A DNA stretch of 64,000 nt. Source: a virus. Below the pieces are notes generated by a model that saw nothing but the letters and a program-made list of their open reading frames with translations, made no database searches and was not told where the DNA came from. The translations under genes and the position numbers were made by a program. Shown piece after piece: positions 8,580 through 21,000 of the stretch. The stretch's first letter is position 1, and each line of letters begins with the position of its first letter. The DNA is taken from positions 1 to 64,000 of the IMG/VR virus record IMGVR_UViG_3300031758_000022; one strand, given 5' to 3'.

Positions 8580-11500
8580 ATGGCTGAGAACACACAAAAA
8601 CCTCCTATAACTCCAGAATCTATTGAACAACAACTAAGAAGTATTAACTCATATATAGATTCAGGACTTCCCAAAATACTTGCTGGGATGGATGCTGCCG
8701 AGCAAAATCAAGGTATGCAGATTGCAAGTATGAAATCTTTTTTGCCTCAACCTACAGCTCCCAATATTCCTAAGATTCAAACCTTAGTAAATGGTGATGC
8801 TTTTATAGGGCCTAATAGAGGAACTAAGCAAGGAACATTTACATCCGGTTTTGAATATATTAAGGCTCTGTCTGACAATGACAAAATAAAATTGTCTACA
8901 ACAGCAGACCCTTTCTTTTATGCAAAGGGTACTTCTTTTAATGGTTCACATGAGGGCTATAACTTTAATAGATATTATGCACATCCTAATTTTAAAAAGT
9001 TAGGGTTTAGTATTTATAAAGACAATGAAGCTACTTATAATGCTAATTCATCTTGGTTTGATGATTTTACAAGAATGAGTAAAACACTACCAAGCCTTAT
9101 TCTTAATGGGGCATGGAGTAATTTAAAAAACTGGGGCGTTACAGGCTTAGAAGCAGATACAGAAACATCTGCTCAAATGCAATATGACCTAGGTATAGCA
9201 TCTTCTTCTAAACAAGGCTTTGGTGCATTTACTACCAACCTTATTGGAAACTTTGGATATACCATTGGTATCATTGGTGAGATGGTGCTAGAAGATATGG
9301 CTTTAAGAGCTGCAGCTGCCGCAAGTAGGAATCCAGTATTAATGGCTACCGCAGGTGTAAGAACTACATCTAATTTAAAGAATCTTGGTAGAGCTATGTC
9401 TGTAATGGCTAAGACTCTTAATAATGCAGATAAAGCAAGAACCTTTAGCAAAGCAGCATTAAGTGGTCTTAAGTCTGCTGGTAAAACTATAATGCCTTTT
9501 CAAGAGTTTGGAGAGTTTGCTACGGATCTTATGAATCCCAATAGCGCTATTAGTAGATTAGCAGATGGAGCTAAGATGGCAAGAGGTGTAGGTAGTTTTT
9601 ACAGAGGCATGAAAGAAATAAATGCCGTAACTTCTGAATCTAGATTGGAGGGAGGTTTTACACAGAATGAACTTATCAAGAAAGAGTATGATGCCTTTAT
9701 TGAAGAAAAGGGTAGGGAGCCTAATGATCAAGAGAATGAGTTTATTTATAGCAATGCTGTAAAAGGTAGTACAAGAACAATACTTGCAAATGTTCCCGCA
9801 ATTTTTGTAAGTAACAGAATTACCCTGGATCTTGCTTTAAATCCTTATGGAAAACTATCAAGAACCTTTGCATCAAATACTTTAAAGAGTCCTTTGTTTA
9901 AAGTTGTAAAGGGTGTAGATGGTAAACTATCTGTTGAAGCTAAAGGTCTTAAAGCAGGTTTTGAAAACTTGAAAGGTATTACAAAAGTATTTAATAAAGA
10001 CTTTTATAAAGGAACACCTACTAAACTGTCAGACACCTTTGGTATTAAAAATATAGGTAGAAACGTTGGTGGTGGTATTAGATACTTTAAAGCAAATCTT
10101 ATGGAAGGTTTGCAAGAAACATATCAAGAAGGTGTACAAGTAGCTGTTGAGGATTACTACCTTAATAAGTATTATGCTGACTTGTATAGTGATCCTATGA
10201 TTGCAGCAAATCATAGTATAGCTGCAGCTATTGAAAAAGGATTTGAAAGTCAGATAAGTTCTCAAGGTCTTGATGTTTTTGCATCAGGATTTTTAATGGG
10301 TGGTTTAGCTGGTGGGGTGCAAAATAAAATTATGCAGCCTTTAGCTTTTTCTGGAATGCGTGCTAAGGATTATATTTATAAGACAAATGAATATAAAACT
10401 TATCAGGAAGAAGAAAAACAAAGACTTCAAAACTTTGCAGATGCTGTAAATGATGTCCGTGCAAGAAGAGCAGAGTATGCTTCTTGGCTTGATGAAAATG
10501 TAAAAGCTCAAAGAGACTTACAAGCTGAATATGAAGCTTGGAGTGAAATGGGAGATGAGCATGAAGTAGAGAATACTAAGAAAGATTCTATGTTCATGCA
10601 CGTTATGACTCTTCTTAGATATAACCGCTATAATGTTTTTCAGGATGAGCTTGAAGGTCTAAAAGATTTGACTGATGATGAGCTGTCTGAAGCTTTTAAT
10701 GACCAGGGAGAAGATAAAAGTAAAACCAGAGAAAGACTTGAGACCGCTATTAAAAAAGCAAACGATGTTAAAAAATGGTATGATAAGGTAAATGAAAAGA
10801 TAGTTAATCCTTTTAAGCCTAACATCTTTGATAGAGACAGGGACCCTAAAGGTTATGGTCAAGAATTAATGGGATACAAAGCATTTGAGACTGCAAAGCA
10901 AGCTCTTATGTTTAATGAGTATTCTTATCAATATGCTATTGAAAAGATAGAAAGCCTTCTTAATAAAGCTTCTTTAAATAGTCCGCTAGGTAATGTAGCT
11001 AGTAGTGACTTTAGCATATTATACAGACTAGTTGATTTACAGTCTAGAATTAAAAACGACCTTCCTACTGAGATTGATTTTCTTAATGGTGGAGATGCTA
11101 CACAAAAGAAAGAAGCTAAAAAGAAACAAACTCAGCTTGATAATCTGAAAGATCTCAATGATGAGATGAAAAGATTTATGGGTATCCATAATCTTATAGA
11201 AAGGGCTGCTTCTGGAAGTACTGAAGCTAAAACTCAGTTGTCAGAAATAGCTAATGCTATTAAAGGAAAGGTAGCTGTAGTATCTGAGCCAGATCCTATT
11301 ACAGGTCAGATTAGTATGGAGTTTGATTCTGAAGAAATTTCAGATGATGCTTTTGTAATGTCTTATCAAAAAGATCAGTTGTGGAGTTCTTATGCTAAAT
11401 ATTCTAAGAATATAGCAGATCTTAATAACGTATTTCCTATACTAGAAAGCCTTGAAAATTCATTTGATGACTTTACAAGCTTTCTTAAACTTAATAATGA

Positions 11501-14500
11501 TGCTAAGCGTTTTGCAGGTTTCCTAGATATTCTAGCAGATCCTAATAGTATTTATGCTATGTCGGATAGAATTATGGGTGCTATGAATAAAGCAAGTGAA
11601 AACAGTGCTAATCTAGTAAAAGAAGCTGTAAATAAGTTTAATAGTATAACAAACAATAATGAACTACTTCAAGACCTTGTAGGACTAAAAGTATATTTTG
11701 CACCAGAAGAAGTGGAGAACTTCTTTAAAAAAGGTATTCTTCCAAAGGTATTTTATGATGCTGGAACCGGATTACCTATTAAAGAAACAGATCCTAAGTA
11801 TGCAAAGATTATAGATTTTATTACAAGGTATGAGCAGCTTAAGGGTGTAACTTTTTCTGGTAAACCTGTTATGCCTCCTGCACCTGCACCGGGCACTCCG
11901 GCTTCAGGAGGAACATCAGAAGAAGTTGAGACAGCATCGGATGATAACTTACCTGAGGCAGAGGATGATGAAGAAGAGATTACAGATGAAACTCCTTTAG
12001 ATAAGTATCCACCAAAAGTCAAAGCTGAACTTATGGTTGAATACAATAAAGCTGTAGCAAGAGCTAAAAAGATAGATGCTTTAATTCCTACTATAGGAGA
12101 CTGGCTAGCAGATAGTCCTTCAGCAAAAGCTATTATAGAAAGAGCTTCAAGAAGAGGAACTATTGTAAAGAAAGACATTACAACTCAGATTACAAAAGAA
12201 TCACCTAAGTCAATTGTGGGTCCTACTCCAGCTCTTGCTGGTATCTATGATACACCATTTAAATTGGTTCAAGGTGTTGGTTATCAGCAAGTAGATGATG
12301 ATGGAAAGCCTGTAACAACTGCTGAGGGAGAACCTATTATTGCTAGAAGAGTTACTTCTATTATTGACAAAATAATAGATAAAAGTGAAGAGTCATTAAA
12401 ATTAGCTCAAGATCGTGGTAATATTTTGGATCAATGGCTTAAAGATTTTTCTACTCCTGATCCTACTACTGGTATATCTCAGAAGGATTATTATCTAAAT
12501 CTTATTGCAAACTACAATGCTAAACTTCCTGGATCAGAAGCAGACCTAGCTGATTATGTTATGACGCTGATAAAGGGCACAGAACTTACATTAAAAATTC
12601 AAGGTGATAAGCTTGGTATTAATTTTAGTCCTGGTACTGGTAAAGATCTAGCTAATATAGGTATGGAGTTAGCAAGAACTTTTCATGATTCTGTTTGGTA
12701 TCCTGATGTACCACCGGTTGTTGGTATGATTGAAGGTAAACTTACCGCAGGTACAATGGACTTACTTCTTGAAAAAGATGGTAAGTATTATATCATTGAT
12801 TTCAAGACATCCTTTAAACCACGTAGAACTAAAGAGTTCTATACACAATCAGATAAGGTTCAATTAAATGCTTATGCTGACAATTTTGAATCTATGACAG
12901 GTTTAAAAGTTGAAAGGCTTCATATCTTAAATCTTCTTGTAAGTTCTAGTTCTGATGGTAAAAACATTACTAGTATAAAATTTGATAAGTATCCTAAAGC
13001 TGACAGTGATAAAAAGACAATTCTTAGTCCTCCAATAACGCGTGAATCTGTAAATTCTATTCTAGGATATAAAGAAGGAAAAGCAGATGAAGAACCTGTA
13101 GTTACAGATGCTATAAAGGCTATAGAAACAAGAAGACAGGAAACTATATCTAACATTCAATTTGTAGAAGAGAGAAATGAGTATGCTACATTATATGGTG
13201 AACAAAAAGAAAGACTAAGAGCAAAAACAGAAGAAGAATTACTATATAAAATCAAGGCTGCATATGATGCAGAACTAGTTGCTGAATACAGGAAGCAAGA
13301 AATAGCAGAGTTTAGAAGAGATGTAGAAGATGCTGAGTCATTTATAGTAAATGGTAGAATAGATTCTAAAAAAGTAAAGGCTTCTAGTAATGCAAAAGCT
13401 AAAGAGATCTATGATAGGTATGATGACCTGATTACCCCACTACTAGAAGAAGCTAAACCTGCTCCAGCAGTAGACGCTGCTCAACAAAAAACATTATTTA
13501 AGGTTTTTGAAAAAGCTTTCTATGAAGGTAATGATAAAAGGTATGACGACATATCAGATGAAACGTTAGCTAAGCTTTCTCCTGCTACCCGTCAGTATCT
13601 GCTGAGCCTTTATGAAACGCTAAAACCATTCAACTCTACTTTTCAAAGAATGGGTAAAATTCTGGACAAGCAGACTAGCAAAGAAATTACAACAGAAGAT
13701 CAGAAGATAAAATATGTTACCTCTTCTTACTTTGGTGGATTGGGTCGCGGATCAAGTGAGTTAGGATCACCCGCAAATCCTAAACACAAGGATCTGGTGC
13801 TACCAGTTCCTACTGCAGATGTGCTGACTAACATCAATGAAGTATTTGGTGCAAAATTAACTGATGCAGAACTAGCTGCTTTAGAAGGTAAACCAACTAC
13901 AACAAAAGTAGATTGGAATACAGTAATAGATAGAGCTAAATCAGCACAAGAGATAGATAAGATCATGGATCAGATCTATGCTGCTAATGCGTCTACTCCA
14001 GAGTTAATTGATAGAGCATTAGTTAAAAAAGAATCATTTAAAAAATCTAAAGCTAATGTTCCAACAAGATTTGGAGGTAAATTAATTTATGCTCCTTATG
14101 GTACTGTTGACCCAATCATCTTTGAAAAGTATGATATTGTAAATGCTGATGATGTTTTAAAAGAAGTTCTTAGAGAAAACAACTTATCAGAAGATCCTAA
14201 TTTTGAAGAAAAGCCAGGGGCAGTATTATATGCTTCTCCAAAGAGAGCTATTCTTGAAAACAACGTAAAAGAAAAGATAAAAGAACTTCTTAAGTCTGGT
14301 AAAACTGTAGTATCTTCTAATTGGTTCTTAAGAGCGGAAGCTAATGTATTTAGCTCACCAAGTTCTTCTAAGGCTTTGTTTGTAAAAGAAGCAGACTCTG
14401 CTGAATCAAGCATAGATCAGTTTAATGAATATGTTGCTAAGGAACCAGCTAGACAGGCAGCTTATGATATAACTCAACAAGAAGGTTGGGAAAGTATTAC

Positions 14501-15044
14501 AACTGATACCAAAGGAAATCAAGTTGAAAAAAATACCAATAAAACCATAAAGGAACTCTTTGAAAAGGGTGCAATAAACTCTACATTTGTAGAGATGCTA
14601 GTTAAAGCGCCCAATCTTCAAAAACTACAAGATGCTCTGGCTCAATACCGTATTCCTGAAAACAGATCTTTGTTTAACAAGAAAGATAAAGAAGGAAATA
14701 TTGTACCTATAACTTTTGAAGAACTTGCTGAAATTTATGATAAAAGAGTGAGAGCTTTTTATAATCAAAATTTAATAGAACTAATGGATGTTGCTCAAGC
14801 TAATGAATTCATTTTTGACTTAAGAGATAAACTTGCTTCTGAAAAAGAAGGAATTGTTGATAATATGGATGAAGAAACAAAAAATGAGATTAAAGAAGCA
14901 GTAAATTCTGCAACAGATCCTGCTACTAAAATTAAGGATATTCAGAATCTTAATGATGAAGTTAATAATACTTCTGAAGAAGAAATTGATAATGAGTTCC
15001 TTGATAGTCTTAAGGAATGTGATAATGGAAAACAAATAGATTAA
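8580..15044 (+). CDS. Giant putative ejected virion protein (2154 aa) with a PD-(D/E)xK nuclease domain
   Basis: AGTMDLLLEKDGKYYIIDFKTS...QLNAY (RecB/Cas4-like motifs, ~12745-12880); Gly/Ala-rich hydrophobic segments in the N-terminal half; synteny with the vRNAP gene. Confidence 0.75.
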   Translation: MAENTQKPPITPESIEQQLRSINSYIDSGLPKILAGMDAAEQNQGMQIASMKSFLPQPTAPNIPKIQTLVNGDAFIGPNRGTKQGTFTSGFEYIKALSDNDKIKLSTTADPFFYAKGTSFNGSHEGYNFNRYYAHPNFKKLGFSIYKDNEATYNANSSWFDDFTRMSKTLPSLILNGAWSNLKNWGVTGLEADTETSAQMQYDLGIASSSKQGFGAFTTNLIGNFGYTIGIIGEMVLEDMALRAAAAASRNPVLMATAGVRTTSNLKNLGRAMSVMAKTLNNADKARTFSKAALSGLKSAGKTIMPFQEFGEFATDLMNPNSAISRLADGAKMARGVGSFYRGMKEINAVTSESRLEGGFTQNELIKKEYDAFIEEKGREPNDQENEFIYSNAVKGSTRTILANVPAIFVSNRITLDLALNPYGKLSRTFASNTLKSPLFKVVKGVDGKLSVEAKGLKAGFENLKGITKVFNKDFYKGTPTKLSDTFGIKNIGRNVGGGIRYFKANLMEGLQETYQEGVQVAVEDYYLNKYYADLYSDPMIAANHSIAAAIEKGFESQISSQGLDVFASGFLMGGLAGGVQNKIMQPLAFSGMRAKDYIYKTNEYKTYQEEEKQRLQNFADAVNDVRARRAEYASWLDENVKAQRDLQAEYEAWSEMGDEHEVENTKKDSMFMHVMTLLRYNRYNVFQDELEGLKDLTDDELSEAFNDQGEDKSKTRERLETAIKKANDVKKWYDKVNEKIVNPFKPNIFDRDRDPKGYGQELMGYKAFETAKQALMFNEYSYQYAIEKIESLLNKASLNSPLGNVASSDFSILYRLVDLQSRIKNDLPTEIDFLNGGDATQKKEAKKKQTQLDNLKDLNDEMKRFMGIHNLIERAASGSTEAKTQLSEIANAIKGKVAVVSEPDPITGQISMEFDSEEISDDAFVMSYQKDQLWSSYAKYSKNIADLNNVFPILESLENSFDDFTSFLKLNNDAKRFAGFLDILADPNSIYAMSDRIMGAMNKASENSANLVKEAVNKFNSITNNNELLQDLVGLKVYFAPEEVENFFKKGILPKVFYDAGTGLPIKETDPKYAKIIDFITRYEQLKGVTFSGKPVMPPAPAPGTPASGGTSEEVETASDDNLPEAEDDEEEITDETPLDKYPPKVKAELMVEYNKAVARAKKIDALIPTIGDWLADSPSAKAIIERASRRGTIVKKDITTQITKESPKSIVGPTPALAGIYDTPFKLVQGVGYQQVDDDGKPVTTAEGEPIIARRVTSIIDKIIDKSEESLKLAQDRGNILDQWLKDFSTPDPTTGISQKDYYLNLIANYNAKLPGSEADLADYVMTLIKGTELTLKIQGDKLGINFSPGTGKDLANIGMELARTFHDSVWYPDVPPVVGMIEGKLTAGTMDLLLEKDGKYYIIDFKTSFKPRRTKEFYTQSDKVQLNAYADNFESMTGLKVERLHILNLLVSSSSDGKNITSIKFDKYPKADSDKKTILSPPITRESVNSILGYKEGKADEEPVVTDAIKAIETRRQETISNIQFVEERNEYATLYGEQKERLRAKTEEELLYKIKAAYDAELVAEYRKQEIAEFRRDVEDAESFIVNGRIDSKKVKASSNAKAKEIYDRYDDLITPLLEEAKPAPAVDAAQQKTLFKVFEKAFYEGNDKRYDDISDETLAKLSPATRQYLLSLYETLKPFNSTFQRMGKILDKQTSKEITTEDQKIKYVTSSYFGGLGRGSSELGSPANPKHKDLVLPVPTADVLTNINEVFGAKLTDAELAALEGKPTTTKVDWNTVIDRAKSAQEIDKIMDQIYAANASTPELIDRALVKKESFKKSKANVPTRFGGKLIYAPYGTVDPIIFEKYDIVNADDVLKEVLRENNLSEDPNFEEKPGAVLYASPKRAILENNVKEKIKELLKSGKTVVSSNWFLRAEANVFSSPSSSKALFVKEADSAESSIDQFNEYVAKEPARQAAYDITQQEGWESITTDTKGNQVEKNTNKTIKELFEKGAINSTFVEMLVKAPNLQKLQDALAQYRIPENRSLFNKKDKEGNIVPITFEELAEIYDKRVRAFYNQNLIELMDVAQANEFIFDLRDKLASEKEGIVDNMDEETKNEIKEAVNSATDPATKIKDIQNLNDEVNNTSEEEIDNEFLDSLKECDNGKQID

Positions 15045-15056
15045 ACATTATAAAGC

Positions 15057-18000
15057 ATGGTTTGCGTACTTTCTGAAAATCAAGAAAGAGCTTTCTTAAA
15101 AAGAATTCTCAAAGATATTCAATCTAATATTAAAACGGGGGTGCCATTTGACCTAAATGGTTATATGTCAGGCATTTACAAAAAAGTACTAAATGCTACT
15201 AGTAATCCTGATATGGCTATTACTTATGCTGCTATTATTCCAGAGAACTTAATGAGTTTATTGGGACCTATTGCAGAGATAAGAGATTACCTTATTCCTT
15301 CTATTGCACAGATTAATGAGCAAGCTAAAGCTTATGCTGCAGATCCTATGAATGTTGTATCTTTTCTGGGTCTTGATCCAGTTAAAGATCAAAAGGACTT
15401 AGAAGCTGATATTAAAAGTCTTAATGAAAAGAAAGATGCTGCTGACAAAGAAGATGAAAAGAGATCTAATATTGCCAAAGCAAGTATCTCTATAAGACCT
15501 TATACATTTGATAGTACAACAGGAGATGAAACAGATCCTGACCTAATGTTCAGCTATGCTTTCTTGAAGAATGTATTAAACAATGGACAGACTGACTCGC
15601 AAGATACGGGTTACTATGTTACATTGATGAGTTCTAAAGAAGCATTACAAGGTATCACAGTTAATAACAAATCTTATACATCCGGTGTATTACAAGTAAT
15701 TACAGATGTTAATGGTAACATCTTGTACTTTAATAATGATTATCAACCGGTAAATAAGGAAGAGGGGGCACCTGTATTCTTTAGACTCCGTGAGAAAAGA
15801 GATACTGTTCAGACTATCAAGGAGCTTATGTTTACTCAGAACTTCACAACAGAAGAAGCTGAAGAGTATATAGAAATACAGAGAGCTAATGTAAAAAAGA
15901 AAAAGGATTTTGTTCTTGCTGCCCCTGGTAGAAAAGTAGTACAGAGTATTACAGGTGGTAGCTACGGCTATATTCCTGATGAAGACTCTTATACAGATCT
16001 TTCTACAGCAGAGGACATGTCAGAGAATCCTCTAAAGAGAACTAATCAGTTCAAAGCTTTTAGTAGAGGTGCTTACAAAGATGTGGTACCATTTAAAATG
16101 AATTCTGTAGATTCAGACCAAGAGTTTCTTGAGGATGCAATCAACATCTTACTAGGAGAAAATCTAGTGGATGAAAGAGGTAAAAAATCTCCAGAAACAC
16201 TTCTTGTCTATAGAGAGAAGTTTTTTCAAGTTTACTTTGGTAACAACTATGAGAATGTATTCTTTGGTAAGAAAACAAAAACTAGAGGTAAGCTTTATGT
16301 AATGTTTGCCGATGGTAAAAAACTTGACAAGCCTGTTATTGCTACTAGAGAAAATCTTAGAGATGCTTTAGTAAACAACATTGTAAAAGATAATAAGACA
16401 GGTGAAATGGTCCCTGTACTACATGCTTATAACGTTTATTCTAAAGATGGTGAAACAACACCTTCTTACCAAAAGAATACAGATGGCACCATTACTTTAA
16501 AAGGTAATGGTACTAGTCCTGTGCAGTATAGAAAGTGGCTTCAGAATAACTCAAAGACCTTAAAACCTTTTGATTCTACAACAGGAAAGTTTCAAGACTT
16601 GAATGGCTATTTCATTTTTGAAACTATGAAAGAGCTTGAGGGTGAGGGAGTTACAGAACAGAAGGTTAAGACTGAGAAAGAAGTAACTACTAGTGGTACT
16701 ATTACTTACTCTACTACTGAAAAATTAAGAGAGCTTCATAATGAAGGTAAGCTCTTGTACACAATGCGTGTATCAGAAAAACAAGCAGCATCAGAGAAAC
16801 TTAAATTCAAGGGTCTTACTCCTAATAAACATTTTGGTAATCCTTTTACTGGAACAGATGTAAAAGGAACTATTCCTATGGAGGATATTTCTGCTGCTGT
16901 AGATGCTTATGAAAAATGGCTTGATGGGCAGAATGTATTTACAGATAAGAATGGTGAACTCCATGATCTATCTGATATTGCTGATAGAAGAGCTTGGATT
17001 AATTCTCAGATTGATAGACTTAAACTTAAAGGTGGTGCACAACTAGGCTACTTTAAAGGTGGCTATAGAAGTCATGCCGATGTTCTTAATGAAAGAATTA
17101 ATGGTAAGGCTGATAAGCAAGTTGAAACAGCTACTACAAATAATCTTGCTATAGAAGTAATCTCTGAAAATTATACTGTTAAACTACTTAGGGCGAATCC
17201 TAATAAACTTTTTCTGTTTGGAGATAACAATACTAGAACTGGTAAAGGTGGTCAAGCTATTATTAGAGATGAACCTAATGCTGTGGGTATCTCTACAAAA
17301 TTATTACCTAAGAATACCCCAGAAGCATTTATGTCAGATGATCAACTTGCTGATAACAAAGCAGTTATAGATTCTGATATTAAAAAAGCAAAAGAAAAAG
17401 CAGCTAAAGAAGGTAAAACTATTGTATTGCCTAAAGGAGGATTTGGTACCGGATTAGCAGCACTTGCTACAAAAGCTCCACAAACATTTGCTTATCTAAA
17501 TCAAAGACTTCAAGAGGAGTTTGGATTTGATAATGTTTCTGGTAATATATCTAAATCTGCAAAATCTGAAGCTAGTCCTGTAACACCAAAACCTGTATTC
17601 CAAGCTAAAACTTTTAATAAACCTAGTGCTGCTTCTAGAGAGATAAAAAAGATTAATGATAAAGACACTTTAAATAAACTTAAAGGTCAAGGTATTATTA
17701 ATGAGTCTGTTACAGAAGAACAAATTAATGCTGCTAAAGAATGGTATGACAGCCATCCTATGAGTCGATTTGTTCCATATGAGGTAATGTTTAACATTAT
17801 TAATACAGAGAACCCTAACTCTATTGCTACTTTTTCTAGAGCAGGTATTGTACTTTCTAGAGCAGGTATTGTACTTTACAAAGGGTCAAACTTTGCAGAT
17901 TTGTACCATGAGGCATGGCATGCCTTTACTCAGATGTTTCTTACAGAAGCTCAACGTAAAAAACTTTACAAAGAGCTTTCTAATAAGTCAGGTACTTTCA

Positions 18001-21000
18001 AAGCATTTGATGGAACTACTGTTACTTTTAAGGATGCTACATCTAAGCAACTAGAAGAATATCTAGCTGAAGACTTTAGACAGTTTATGCTTAATGGCGG
18101 TAAGTTTAAAGGTGCAGATAAAGAACCTGTAAAGAAATCTATCTTTAAAAATATACTAGATTTCCTAAAGGCTGTATTTAATATTAGCAATGACACCATC
18201 TACAATGATGAAAAAGTTAGTAACCTTCTAGAAGAAGTATATACTAAACTACGTCTTGGTGATATTAATCCTATTCCTTATGGGCTTGAAAACTCTGAGT
18301 TTACTAAGCTAGATAAAATTAAAGCTGTTAATCCGGATGAGCAAGATCTTCTTGATGAGATGGGTTATGCACAGGCTATGAAAATAGTTAATGCTATTGA
18401 TGCTGTATTCTCACAAATAGTAGATAAAGTATCTAAAGAGCACGGTGTTAGTTATGCGGCAAGTCTGTTCTCAGATCCTGCAAGAAGAACTGCAGCTTAC
18501 AATGAAGTAATTGCTGAGTTTGTAACTAAGTACACAGACCTTTCTGATAAGCTTGTTAATATGTCTACTGATGATGTAGGGTATGAAAAGCTCTATAAGT
18601 CAGTTAAGACACTAGAACTTGCTATTACTAACTTTGCTCCTGCTTCTACATTAGGTCAAGAACTTACTCAAGATGATGTAATTAGTGCAATTCAAAAAGA
18701 CTCTGGTATTCTAGGGTTCCACTTGAAAAAGTCTAAGTATCTACAGTTTGATGAAACATATGACCTTATTAATAACTTAGAGGAAGAAGATCCGGATTCT
18801 AAGACTGTAAAAGACAAAGATGGTTATAGCCATAAATCAGGAAATGAAATTTCCATGAGAGAACTGGCAGCCAAAGAAGTCCTTTATACTATTAGAAGTC
18901 TATATAAATATGAGGGTGGAAAGCTTCAGTATGATGACTTTGGTTTCCCACAGCTTAATGATTTTGATGTAAGCTGGAATAAGATTCAAAAAGCTTTGTC
19001 TGGAAGCATGGGTGTAGAAGATATCTACAAAAAACTCCAAGCTTCAAAAGATAAAGTAATGCAACATCTTTTAGAAAAGCTAGGTAATCCTGATGCTCAA
19101 ACCGGTATAGAGAATGATCTTACAGCTGAGAGCATAGCTCAAAATGCTTTGTGGACAAACTTTACACAGACCTTTACAGCTACCAGAATTCCTTTGATTC
19201 AACTTACTGTTAACTTCCAAATGGATGATAATGGTAATTATATTCTAGAACCTAAGCCTGGAAAAGCCCAAGGAGATCTTAATAGAATTGCTAAAGCATG
19301 GGAAGTAAACTTCAGCCGTCCTTATAAAGAGGGTGAGAGAAAGTACATTGTAACTAAGAAAGTAGATAGAGGTGAAGGCAAGACAAGCTTTACAAGTAAC
19401 TATCTTAATGTTTCAGAAGTTCTCAAAGACTTTAAAGACTCCTATAAAACTAAGCCTATAGACTTTTTAAGAAGTCTTGGTATGGATGTATCTGCAGTAC
19501 CTGAAATTCAGAATGCTCTTAGAACTAATCTGCGTGTATTAGTAAATGGACTGTGGACAAGACTTAACCATATAAACAATAATAATAAAGACAAGAAGAT
19601 CTTTATCAATAGTATAAAGGATCTTATCAATATTAAAATTGATGGTAAGACTGAGGACAACTCTTATAAAGAGCTCTTAGCTCTTGAGAGTAGATACTCT
19701 GACTTGTATGGCACCGGTATGGTGTACAATGCAAGTGGAGATGGTCAGTTTGAGTTCTCTAAAAATGGAACATTCACTGTTCAGATTAATTCACTTAATG
19801 CTGCAAAAGGGTATAATGAGCTTATTAGTGACCCTAAAATGTCACATTTGGATTATGAAAGAAATCCAGCAATGCGTAATAACCTGATCTTAAAGGCTTT
19901 ATTTGGTGAAAACCTAGGTGCTAAAATTAAACAAGAGACTCCAGGTGGTAGAGAGACCTTTGCTAAAATTGAGTTGATTAACTCTAGTGGTGTTTCTGTA
20001 ACTATAGATAATGAGTTTGCAAACATTGGTATTGCTACCTCTGATGCAGATGAGATTACAAACCTTTTGCAGAACTTCTATACTACACTTATATATGGAA
20101 CTCCTGCTACAACTCAGCACTCAGATAAGTCTTCAGCTTATTTGTATAAAATAGTATTTCCTAGTGGTAAAAAGAACTATGTAAACATATTTAAGTTTGC
20201 TCAGTACAATAGTGACAAAGACATTGATCTAACTGCAGGTAATCTTGAGACATTGTCACACTTTATGACCTTCTTAGATTCAGAAATTCAAAGAATGGTT
20301 AAGCTAAGAAACGGTGATGAGGCTGGATTAGTTACTGTTGGAGATGACCTGTATAAAAATATAGGTGATAAGTTTGTAACCTTTAAAGATATTCTTAGCC
20401 CAAAAACTAAAGCTAAGCTTGAAAAAGGAAAATTCATTTCAGAAAACTTCCTAGAAAAGATCAATAGTGCAAAGGGTACAAATTTAAGAAGAGACATTGA
20501 AGCTGATATACTAGCATACTTCAACAACATTGTAGGTGAGTTTAAAAAGGATGGAGCTAAGTTTGGTTTGCAAAAAAATCAAAAGCTTATGAAATCCGTT
20601 AGAGATCTTTTCTTAAACTCTGAAGAACTCCCTTTGAGTCTTTATGAAAAAGAAAATGAAAACTATCTTGATGAGGCCATCTTTAGATCATTTGTACTGA
20701 ATGACTGGATTCATAAGCATGAAACAGGTAATCTGTTTTATGGTGATGTAGCTCTTTATAATCTTAAAAAAGAAGAGTATCATAAGAGAAATGCAGCATT
20801 TGCAGCTACTGGGGAGATTATGCGTACTGACAATGCTATGCTTAATATGCTAAATAACGTAGCTTCTAAATATAGTTATGCAGATAGTGAATGGTTTAGT
20901 AAGTCCGGATATAATAAAAACGGAGCTAAAGTATTTAAGAGAACAATGAATACTGCTGTTCTACAAGATACTAAGAGTAAATCATCTCTAATGGATCACT

